Shown here one piece after another: positions 52,489 through 62,822 of a stretch of 64,000 nucleotides of DNA; within the stretch, counting starts at the first letter, position 1, and every line of letters starts with the position of its first letter. Location: assembly GCA_030704615.1 (NCBI GenBank), contig CM060733.1, positions 36,952,001 through 37,016,000 on the forward strand, in the 5' to 3' direction. Both the position numbers and the translations under genes were made by a program. The notes beneath the pieces were generated by a model. It saw only the letters and a program-made list of their open reading frames with translations, searched no databases and was not told the origin of the DNA. The DNA comes from Takakia lepidozioides. Its lineage: Eukaryota; Plantae; Bryophyta.

Positions 52489-53844
52489 TTGAGAGCTTTC
52501 ATTGTCTTCTACTTCTCTCATTTCTCATCTCTTATCACTACAAGAAGATCACCTTATGCTTGTGAGTGCGGAGTGTAAAGATTAGTTTTGCACTTGTATT
52601 TTAAAGAGGTTGAGAGCTAGGAGAATTTAGCTCTTGTATCACAAGGCTTGCAAGGGGTTGCAAGGAAAGGTGCTCGAGTATTGCATGCACCAATGAGTTG
52701 GAGAGCTTGAAAAGAAAGCTCTCGAGTCACAATATTTTGCAAGGATTGTAAAGAGGAAGTCTTGTGTGTGTGGAAGCATGGATACTAGGGTTTGAGAATC
52801 TTTTGTATGCATTATGGAGTCGATGGTGTGCGCCATGGCTTGTGGAGAGTGACTAAAGGCTTGTTAGTGCTCATTTCACTATCAAGCTAGGGTTAAGCAA
52901 GTTCAAAGTGTGGATGTTGTGGAAGAGAAGCCAAGGAGCTATATATGCTTGGGCTTGAAGACAACAAGGGCAAGCACTTGGAGAGCACTAAGAAGCTCAA
53001 GAGGTTTTGAAAGGGAGCATATGAAGAAATCTTCCAATCATGGTGGTGTGGAGCCAAAGTTAGGGTGCCATTGGAAGGGCTTGGAGAACATGTGGTGGGA
53101 AATCCCTGAAGGGAAATTATCATTCAATGTATGCATAGCTTCACCCTAACTATGTAATGTGACAAGAGGGGGAGGCAATACTTGGCTATTCATGCTCTTG
53201 GTAGTGCGAGCTTTGTGGTGGACAGTTGACCAAGCAAGTGGTGCATGTGTGGAGCATGCTCGCTTGAGTTTGTAAGTTCAAGTTTGAGAAGGGGAGCTCT
53301 TGAACTAGCAAGAGATGAAGCCTTTGAGATCCATTTGTGTGTGAAGTGGAGAGGTGTTGATTCATGTTATGATGAAGGAGAGCAACACATAGGCCAAGAG
53401 GTCATGAAACATGCATTCAAATGACCACGGGGAGCATATGGATGATGGATTGGTGCAAGACCCCAAATGAGGCATATGGCGAGAGAGTGGGATCTAAGGC
53501 GGATTGCTTGGGAGCATTACTGTAAGTGACAAGCATTGCTCCTACACATTGAGATAATTTGTGTTGATTTGGAGCAATTGTCAAGTGATGAGGAGACAAA
53601 TGCATGATTGCTCGGCTATGGAGCTACGTAGTTTGCAATCAAATCCCAAGGACTAGAAGGGGGATTGATTTGGTGGACAATGACTTGCAAGTTGAGTTGG
53701 ACCACTCTTGGTTGCACATTGGGGTGGAAGAGAGCAAGAAGATGCCTCTTATGACCACCTAGAGACCATATTTTTGCTTGAGTAGAAGCATAGAAGTCAA
53801 GGACTTGCATTCTAGCTCTTCATTACAAACCCTATTAGTGTATG

Positions 53845-54325
53845 CTCAGACTATACCTTTGTTAGTATACCAAACAGGAGCTTGTCCCTTTGACTATACC
53901 TCTGTTGAGGTATCACCATATGTGAACCCTAATGTGAGACTATACCCTGTTAGTATACCAAACAGGAGCTTGTCCCTTTGACTATACCTCTGTTGAGGTA
54001 TCACCATATGTGAACCTTAATGTGAGACTATACCCTGTTAGTATACCAAACAGGAGCTTGTCCATTTTACTATACCTCTATTGAGGTATCACCATATGTG
54101 AACCCTAATCAGCTCAGACTATACCTCTGTTAGTATACCAAACAGGAGCTTGTCCCTTTTACTATACCTCTGTTGAGGTATCACCATATGTGGATCCTAA
54201 TCAGCTCAGACTATACCTCTGTTAGTATACCAAACCGAACCTCATTTTCAGACTATATCTCTGTAAAGGTATCATCAACATAAGGGACCCTAGCAACCTC
54301 AGACTATACCTCTGTTAAGGTATCA
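53845..54325. repeat. Tandem array of about five 88-92-bp units, each with two GACTATACC(T/C)-TGTT sub-repeats
   Basis: GTTAGTATAC recurs at 53861, 53949, 54037, 54129 and 54221 (spacings 88, 88, 92, 92). Confidence 0.92.
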
Positions 54326-55074
54326 ACAGTGAAAGGACTTAGTGAAATTTAAGGGCCTTTGGAGGATTGTTTGGAAGATATTTGAGGGCCCTTGGAGGAG
54401 TATTTGGAGGATCTTTGGGGTCCTTGGAGGACCCTTCGAGGAGCTTTGGTGGACAATGTTGAAGAGCTCTTTAAGGATTGATTGAGGGATATTGAAGGAT
54501 ACTTGCCACGGCCATACAAGCGAGTGGATAGAGACAGGAGGGAGAGTGGTGGGATGAGAGCATTCTGGGGTTAGGAATTGCTTTAGTTTCTCTTCTCCAT
54601 AGTCTTTCACTCTCTCTGTAGGCCAAAACCTTTCCGTAGGTGGAGGCAAGAGTCAGTCCAAGTTTGGGCTGGGTTGTCCTTGTAGGAGCAACACTGTGGA
54701 GTGTTTTTGGTGTGGGGGAGTTGCTGTCTTGATTTTCTTGTGTTTGGATCCCCTCCACACCTGCATGCTTGACTGTGCGCCATGTTAGCTTTGTGTGGGT
54801 GCTTGTTTTCATAGGAGGTTAGTCCGGATTTGATCACCGGCCAATCCTAGAGTATGCTGTCGGTGGTGAGGCTGGAGTAATGACCAGCAAGACTACCAGT
54901 GTTTCTTCTATGGTGAGGCTGACCAGCAGACCATAGGAGTGCTTGCGGTGGATGCAAGTGCAGGTACAGGTCTATGTTAGAAACCTATTATTCCTGCTTG
55001 AACCAGTAGCCGCAACATGTTCTTTACCTGGTTACCTTATAGAAAGTGGGGATTAGAGACAGGTTGACAACCGG

Positions 55075-57514
55075 TTGGGTTGTGAGTTTTCATCACGAGC
55101 TGCTGAGGGGAGTGCCGGTACAAGCACCAGCGATACTAGTGGGTACACAAGACAAGGTGTGCGGTTTAGGCCACTTTCATCTTCAGTGTCTTCTGAGGAA
55201 GGTTCAGACTCAGAGTCAGGAGGATTCTCGCCAAGGGTGCAAGTCATTTCCGTGCCATTGTTGTGGGACACGATGGAGGAGATGTATGGAGCTACCAAGG
55301 GGCCACGTAGGTACTCTGGAGCTGTGGGCACCATCGAGCTTGCTGACTTTATACAAGAGTTTGACAGTTGGTGTGATTTGCAGCAAATGCGCAATCCACA
55401 ACTGTTTACGCCCTTTATGGCGTGGAAGGGGCTATTCCAGCACCTTGAGGGGCCGCCCATGGATGATTACCATGAATTTAGGCAGGGACATGCGGTGGAG
55501 ATTGAGGAGTGGCGAGAGTATTGGTCACCTAACTATGTCTCAATCACTAGAGGCACAAGGGCAGCGGTGACACCAGCAGCTACACAAACATCTCCAACTA
55601 CAAGCACTAGTAGTGAAACAAGTAGTGCCGACACTTCTGCAGGTGGTACCAATTCAAAAGGTGCAACTACTCCTCCTGCCACGACTACAACATATGTGCC
55701 TAGATTCAACCCGGTGGTGGAGTTCTTCCAGGAGTTGCGGAGAAACTACCAAGGTGTACGGACAGAGAAGCTGCGAAGTTTGCAAGACTTCCAGCGCAAA
55801 TCCAGTGAGAGCTTGCGAGAGGCCTACACTCGTATGAGGCGCTTGATAAGTGTGACCCAAGGGGATACTGAAGCTCAGGTAGTCCAGTTCTGGTATGGAA
55901 TTTTGGACAAGGAGCTCAAGAGAAGGGTGCGGGTGTTATGACTTGCACCCTGAGTTGCGCCCAGGCCAGTTCCAAGGGAACAATGGTGGCCGGGGGCGAG
56001 GTGGACCAGCCCAGAGAGGACGAGGTGGTCGGGCACGAGGTGCAGGCCAAGGGCAAGCTCAACATGGCCAAGGACGTGGAGGTCAGGGTGTTGACCAAGA
56101 CATGGCCATCCGGCTTCAGCAGCTAGAGCAGAGGCTCGCTGCCATGGCTACAGCTCAAGTGGTACCGGCTCCCAGGCGGGATGGTCCACCTCCGGCTCCT
56201 GAGAGAGGAGATATGGGAGGCATGGGATTCATGTGCGGAGCAGCACTACCACTAGTGTAGGTGGAGTCTGCTGCAGCCGTGACTCGAGGAGCAGCACGAG
56301 TTCCTGAGCCACGAGGCGCAGAGGTGGAATTGGATCCACAGCGTGAGGAGGCAAGCCGTCAGGCGAGGCTTCCTCAGTCATTCACATTGGCAGAGACAAT
56401 GTCGACGCCATCCATGGCACCTATTTCTCGCCCGACTGTTACCGAGGCGGAGGTTACTATGCCATTAGGGAGAGCTACACGTGCAGCACTTACACCTGCT
56501 ACCAAGGCTAGTGCAGCCGGTGTGTTATTGGGGGCAGCCACCTCTGTGTGTCAAGCCCCACTGTTCTCGGCAACCATGATTGCGACGCCGGGGGTAAGAC
56601 CGGTTGCAGTGTTCAGACTAGCAGCAACACTCTGCGAGAGTGGGGAGGTCACTTCATCTTCTGCGGAGTTACTGGAAGGTGTAGTGGCAGAGGGATCCTC
56701 GGATTTGAGGGTCAAGACTACCACGGATGCGCCATGGCAAGCTGCAGCTGCCAGGTTGACGGAGCTGCCAGCTAGGCTAGCCTTTGAGCGCACCATGGTG
56801 ACACTTGGAATTGTCTTGTTAGACAACCAGAGAGACATTTTCACTTTGAGTGGACCGGCAGGCAAGAAGTACCGGCCACTGCGGGTCTTGTTGGACTCAG
56901 GAGCTCAGCCACTGATGTTGGGCAGAGCTGCTATTGCAGGTTTGGGCCTCATGGAGGCGGATATGGAGCCTTGTCCTTTCCAGATACAAACATCTCTGGG
57001 AGGATCAGAGCAGGCTCGGGGCATGACACGACGTGAGTTGGCCATTGGACTACAACCAGATCATCCTGTAGATGGCTCAGTGATGCGAGCCAAGGCCATT
57101 GTGACAGACGCGGTCTCTTTTGATGTCCTTGTTGGTGGGGCAGTGTTATATCCCATGGGCTTCACCCTGGACTTTTGGGAGGAGTCAGCATCCTATAGGC
57201 CTGGATGGCAGTCAGGGGATGGTCGTTGTGCACAGCTCCCTGTGACATTCATTGGGGGTGTTGCGGCTGCCCAGCGGGGCAAGATACCAACATTAGCCGC
57301 CTTTACAGCTGCAATTAGTTGGCCTGGAGAGTTGCTTGAAGGCAATGTCCATGCAGAGGATGTGCCACCTCCAGCAGAGCACGATGACATGCATGGTACG
57401 ACAGAGTTGCCTGCCATGGTTGCTCACACTCCATTATGGGGTACGAGCAAGGATTTGCAGCAGGCTGCTGATGGACGGGTACAACAAGCCTGGGTAGAGG
57501 CCTTCGTACTGTAA
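55075..57514 (+). pseudogene. Element C Gag, RGG-rich linker and aspartic protease
   Basis: Retrotransposon-gag-like FFQELRRNY...LQDFQRKSSESLREAYTRM; RGRGG repeats; RVLLDSGAQ catalytic motif and FDVLVG. Confidence 0.8.
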
Positions 57515-57601
57515 GGAGAAGAGGAGAGTGCGGTGATTGCACCAGGACCACCTCAGTTATCGACATTGGACACCACACCTCTTGTGTGGCAGTGCCCGGA
57601 T

Positions 57602-58520
57602 GAAGGCATATGCCTTCTGGACTTGTTTGGCGGGATCAGCACTGGATTGGCTGCAGTACTGCAGGCAGGTGTACGAGTTCGATGTTACCTGTATGTGGAG
57701 AGGGATGAGACTGCACGACACGTCTCACTGCGCCATGTTGCTCAGTTGGTACAGCAGTACCCTGATTTGTTGCCAGTGTCTGTTGTTCGTGGATACCAAT
57801 AAGCCTTGCCAACAGACATTTCGTTGCTGGGGGCGCAGGATTTGGAGCGGGATGGCTCCATTGATCTGGTAGTGGAAGGTTGGCCCTGCCAAGGGCATTC
57901 ATCAGCCGGTCATGGCAATGGATTGCGAGACTCGAGGACGGGTCTGTTTTGGGAGATGGTGCGGATTTTGCGCCACTTGCAGCTTCATCAAGCTGTATCT
58001 CCAGCATACATCTTGGAGAATGTGCCACTGATGGGTGATTCTCGGGCCAGGGTGATGACCAATGTGCATCAAGTCCGGACGTGGCTTGGGTCAGCAGTGT
58101 TGCTGGATGCAGCTGCAGTGGGGTCATGGGCTCATCGTCCACGGCTATGGTGGACTAACTTGATGCCACCCGCACTGCTCAAGCGTACATTTGATGGGGT
58201 GCAGCGGCCAGCACACCTCACAGTGGATAGCATTTTGGACACAGGGAGGCAGTCTCAACGTGTGAGACACGATGACCGTTCGTCTTTGGCAGTGGTCAAC
58301 AGGGTGGGTCAACCACGAGCAACATTACCTACACTGCTCAGCTTCCCAGGATCCCATGCTTTTCGGAATGGTGGACCTGGCCTCTTGTGGGATAGCCAGT
58401 TGCAACAATTAGTGGAGCCCAATGCTGACGAGCGCGAGCGGGCGATGGGTTTTACCACAGGTACCACGGCGGTGCCATCTCTTTCTGAGGCATCACGTCA
58501 TCAGGTGTTGGCGCAAGAGT
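57602..58520 (+). pseudogene. DNMT3-like cytosine-5 DNA methyltransferase domain within the retrotransposon polyprotein
   Basis: Motif I LLDLFGGISTG; II YVERD; IV DLVVEGWPCQGHS (PCQ at 57884-57892); V GLRDSRTGLFWEMVRIL; VI YILENV; VIII DAAAVGSWAHRPRLWWTN; IX ERERAMGF. One in-frame TAA at 57800-57802. Confidence 0.92.
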
Positions 58521-58937
58521 ACGGAGTACACTTCCCTTCATGGTCTCCCTGCCTACCGAGACGGTACAGGCAGCGAGTGGGGGCAAGCAGGTGAGGACCA
58601 CGAGGTGCAGGCCGCATCCATGGCACACGTGGGAGGTGCTCGAGGTTCAGAAGGAGTTGGCAGCCAAGGTAGCTGTGATGGATGAGGTTGGGGATTCTTC
58701 TCGGATTGATGAGGTCCTCAAGGATGAGATGATGGGGCAGGATGAGGCCTTGTCATTGACTGAGCAGGCAGGGAGTACTGCTCAAGAGGTTGCGGCATAG
58801 CAACCACGGGACGTGTCCTCTACCTCTAAGCCCACTGGACTTAAGGTGCAGTTACGGAGGACAATTGGGAGCCTAACATTGGACCCATTGTCACCGGAGG
58901 AGAGAGACGACGTATACGGTGGTTCCTGAGGGCTTAC

Positions 58938-61688
58938 ATGAATTGCTTTGCCTTCAGTTTGAAGGACTTAGGAGCACTGAAGGGTCAAGAGATTCGCATT
59001 GAATTGGCTACTGACACGCCAATCTTTCGGAGACCCTATAGATACAGTGACATGGAGAGGTCCTTGATTCAGATGAGAACTCAGGACCTTTGGGAGGCTG
59101 GTTTGGTGGAGCTATCTGAGGGAGAGTATGCTTCAGCCATAGTGATGCCAGCCAAGAAGGATGTCTTTGGCAATTGGACGGAGAGACGTATGTGCGGTGA
59201 TTACCGGCCTGTAAATCGTCAGACCAAGTCCGATAGGTATGCCATGCCAACACCAGAGGAGATCTTTGATGCCATTGGGCATGCCAAGGTCTTCAGCACG
59301 TTGGATTTATGATCCGGATATCACCAGTTGCCGATCAAGGTGGCGGATAAGCAAAAGACGGCATTCTGGGGGATCAATGAGCACGGGGTTAGGATTGCCT
59401 ATACCAGTGGCGGTTCTTACCATTTGGGCTTAAGAACGCTCCGGCAGAATTTCAGAGAGTCATGGACAGGATTCTAGCAGGGGTGGAGTTTGCTCGGTGC
59501 TACATAGATGACATCATCATTTTTAGTGTTACGGTGGAAGAGTATGAGAGACACCTTCAGGGGGTATTTGAGCGCTTGAGGGCGCACGGATTGAAGTTAC
59601 ATCCGGGAAAGTGCATGTTTTTCCACAACCAGATTGAGTGTCTAGGTCACATGATATATTCTAGAGGATTGGGGGTACAGCAGACTAAGGTAGAGTCTAT
59701 TGCACAGGTTCCACGCCCACGGATGTGAGCCGAGTTCGAGCTTTCATGGGGTTAGCAAACTATTATAGACGGTTTGTTAAGGGATTTAGTGCCATTGCAA
59801 AGGCTCTAATCAAACTGACCAATGTGGACCAGGAGTGGCAGTGGGAAGATGAGCAAGAACAAGCTTTTCAAGAGCTCAAGGCGAGGGTGACCTCGGCGCC
59901 CATCTTGAAACGACCTATCAGGGGGCGTCCTTTTCAGCTGCATACAGATTGGAGCATGTTGGGGCTTGGAGTGGTGCTCACACAGGTGGACGATGAGGGG
60001 AGAGAGTTCGTAGTGGCTTATGCTAGCCGCTCGAACAACGTTGCAGAGTCTAAGTATAGCTCATATGAGGGAGAATGCTTAGCTGCAGTGTGGGCCGTGG
60101 CACACTTCAGGTGCTATCTATACGACAATCTCTTCACCCTTGTCACAGTTCACCAACCACTCAAGTGGTTGATGGAGTCAGACAAGCTTACGGGGAAGCT
60201 TGCACGGTGGGCACTCATCCTTCAAGAGTAGGACTTTCAGGTGGTGCATCGACCGGGTTTGGTCAATCGCAATGCAGATGGGTTGAGTCGCAATCCATGC
60301 ACGAGCCAACAAGATGACACTGGAGCTCGGTGGCATGGTGAGACGGACGAGGAGATGGTGCCCGGATGGCATGCATCTGCATTTCTGTGTATCTTGACAG
60401 CAGAAGGCCAGGTTGGACGTGCAACAGGGATGACTGTAGATCAAGTGTCTGAGGATCCTGAGGCTAGCAATGAGCAAGGTGGCGCCAAAGATATACATGA
60501 GGATTCAGTTGTGTTGGACTACCTCCGCACTGGAGACACTGCAGCCACTGTGACTGCCAAGGAGAGGGATCGGATCCTACAACGAGCCAAGAGGTTCAAG
60601 TGGGAGGGGACACACCTGCTCCAAGTGTGGGAGGATGGTCAAGTGAGGATTGTGCCTCACCCAACACAGCGGGCACAGTTAGTGCGGCATGCCCATGAGG
60701 AGTTGGGGCATTTTGGGGTGCGACGCATTCATAGTCTACTGTAGGGGCAGTATTGGTGGCGTGGTATGCACACGGAGGTGCAACAATTTGTGGCTAGGTG
60801 CATGGTGTGTGACAGGGTGCGTGCTTCATTCAACGCCCCTACTCCACAATTGCACCCTCTTCCGATCATGGGATTGGGCTACAGGTGGAGTTTTGACTTC
60901 GCAGGGCCGTTGCCACTGACCATGCGCCACAACAAGTACGTGTTGGTGATGGTGGAGCACTTCTCCAAGTGGATTGAATTGGTTCCATTGCCTGATAAGG
61001 CTAGTGAGGGAGCTGCGTATGCATTCTTGGATTGTGTGCTTAGCCGATTCGGTGCTCCAGCTGAGGTACTCACGGACCAAGGGAGAGAGTTCTTGGGGGA
61101 GTTTCAGGCTTTGTGTGACAAGGTCTTGATAGACCACCGCACCACTTCTCGGGATCATCCTGAGGCCGATGGCTTGGCAGAGAGAGTTGTTCAGACAGTA
61201 AAGAGGGGTTTGCGCAAGTATGGCTTGCAGAAGGGACACCTAGGAGATTGGGACCTTCAGTTACCCTGGTTAGCCATGGGCTACAGGTTCAGCAAGCAAG
61301 CATCACTTGCCTCCTTCTCACCATACTTTCTTCTCTTTGGCCGAGAGCCGGATTTGCCTACATCCATTCGCAGAGAAGCTGCTACAGTTCTTAACCTTGA
61401 CGATCCGGACGTGTGGGCACGTGCATGTGAGCAGCGTGCAAAGTTGTTCAAGAAAGTCATGCCCATGGCTTTTGAGAACCTTGCCATTGCACAACATCGT
61501 GATACGTTGAGGTATGCTACCATACGTGGTGGGGGCTATCGTCCTGGGGTTCGGAGATTCAACCCTGGTGACTATGTCTATCTGCAGCAGACTGCTCCTA
61601 CGACATTGGATGTGACTGCAGGACGTGTTATTTTGAGGGTTCGAGAGGTTTTGCCCTCAGGAGTCCTGATCTTGGAGGGTCGGGATGG
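58938..61688 (+). pseudogene. Element C reverse transcriptase, RNaseH and integrase (3'-truncated)
   Basis: MCGDYRPVN, FSTLDL*SGYHQ, YIDDIIIFS; LHTDWS...VAYASRS...ECLAAVWAV; HEELGHFG...CMVC, WSFDF, LTDQGREF, DGLAERVV. The frame is cut after ILEGRDG by LTR-derived sequence. Confidence 0.92.
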
Positions 61689-61711
61689 CTCACCTCCATA
61701 GCTCTAGGTAT

Positions 61712-61928
61712 TGAGAGAAGCTCATGGAGGCTCAACTACAAGAAGATGAGCCTCCTCAACACTCACAAGGGGAAAACCTATCTCCATGTCTCAAGTGAGG
61801 TTCGACACCTCACTTGGCATGTGAGACCAAATGAAGTCCCAACACACAAAATATAAATAGAAATATCTAAAATGTCCTAGTTAACTAGAAGTAGGTAATT
61901 CTAGATAACCATGACTAAAACCATGACA
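61712..61928 (-). repeat. Inverted copy of the first ~210 bp of the element C LTR
   Basis: Reverse complement of 40642-40850 with a few substitutions and one 8-nt indel. Confidence 0.93.
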
Positions 61929-62149
61929 GCTGTCGTGCACCTAAGCATTGTGCCACAACATACATCGTTGTCCACCACACAATCTAAGCACACAATCCTA
62001 GAAAGCTATACCACAATATAGGTGCACGACAACTGCAATACCATCTAATACATTTCTGAAGTGCAAATGTCAAATAGTAGCAGGTTAAGATCCATTAGAA
62101 CAAACATAGTCGGGGCTTTCAAAATTGGTAACCAAAGGCGGAGCATCCC

Positions 62150-62342
62150 TACGGTGCTAGAGAGCCCAAGACGATAAATCCTTCCTCACGTTGTATCTTC
62201 AGGATGCGACGTTTTTTTTGCGACGCCCATGCGACTCCCGGGCGATGGCTAGTGTCACAAATACGGCGCCTGCCCCGTGCCTGAAATTGGCTTTTTTGCG
62301 GCGTGACCCGGGCGTGGCAAAGGCCCCCCTTTTCCTGTAGTG
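62150..62342. mobile_element. Possible CACTA transposon end fragment
   Basis: Ends in TTTTCCTGTAGTG (CACTACAGGAAAA on the minus strand), preceded by GCGACG/GCGGCG subterminal-type repeats. No partner end with a TSD found. Confidence 0.35.
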
Positions 62343-62394
62343 CACAGCTATAGGTGCTATATGTTTCTGAGGACATGGCATCTGGCAAGTTGTC

Positions 62395-62630
62395 CAGATG
62401 CCACGTGAGCCAGATAACGACATGTCAGCAGGCCCTCGCCACGTGAGCCTCACGCTCACGCCACATCAGCTAGTGTGCGGCTGCGCTCACGCCACGTCAC
62501 CATCGCGTGAGCGTACGCTCTCACGCTTACGCCACGTCAGCGTGACCCCATGCTCACGCCACATCAGCTGTTATGCGCCTGCGCTCGCATTACGTCACCA
62601 TCGCGTGAGCATACGCTCTCACGCTCACAC
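62395..62630. repeat. GCCACGT/GCCACAT-rich cluster containing a ~98-bp tandem duplication; DNA-transposon subterminal-like
   Basis: CGCCACATCAGCT...CGTCACCATCGCGTGAGC.TACGCTCTCACGCT occurs near 62459 and 62557. Confidence 0.7.
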
Positions 62631-62767
62631 GGAAGTCACGTCCCTGAGAGCAGCAACACTTGCTGTTCTTAGGCCTTCACATGCTTTGTTGGCTCTCTCT
62701 CTCCATCTCTTCTTGCCCCTCTCTCTCCTCTCTGATTTTTGTTTTTTTATTGTGGGGAGTGACAAAA

Positions 62768-62786
62768 AAGAGAGAGAGAGAGAGAG

Positions 62787-62820
<34 letters not shown>
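62768..62820. repeat. Compound (GA)n(TA)n microsatellite
   Basis: Direct inspection. Confidence 0.95.

Positions 62821-62822
<2 letters not shown>

Larger units (their letters stand above)
40642..61928 (+). mobile_element. Outer Ty3/Gypsy LTR retrotransposon (element C) with gag-PR-DNA methyltransferase-RT-RNaseH-IN; degenerate, and interrupted by a chromovirus insertion at 41011-52488
   Basis: Begins TGTCATGG at 40642 and ends CCATGACA at 61928. Host sequence resumes after the TTGAG duplication at 52489-52493. Polyprotein remnants at 55075-61688. Linking the LTR to the coding region is inferred from the junction at 61689. Confidence 0.75.

Noticed and set aside
53845-54325. CRISPR-like appearance (palindromic repeats with spacers)
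   Set aside because: The spacers are repeated rather than unique, the context is a eukaryotic retroelement, and there are no cas genes.
3478-62342. CACTACAGGAA at 3478 is the exact reverse complement of TTCCTGTAGTG ending at 62342, suggesting a giant 59-kb CACTA element
   Set aside because: Flanking trinucleotides differ (CCT vs CAC), the left end has no subterminal repeats, and the interval holds ordinary host genes.
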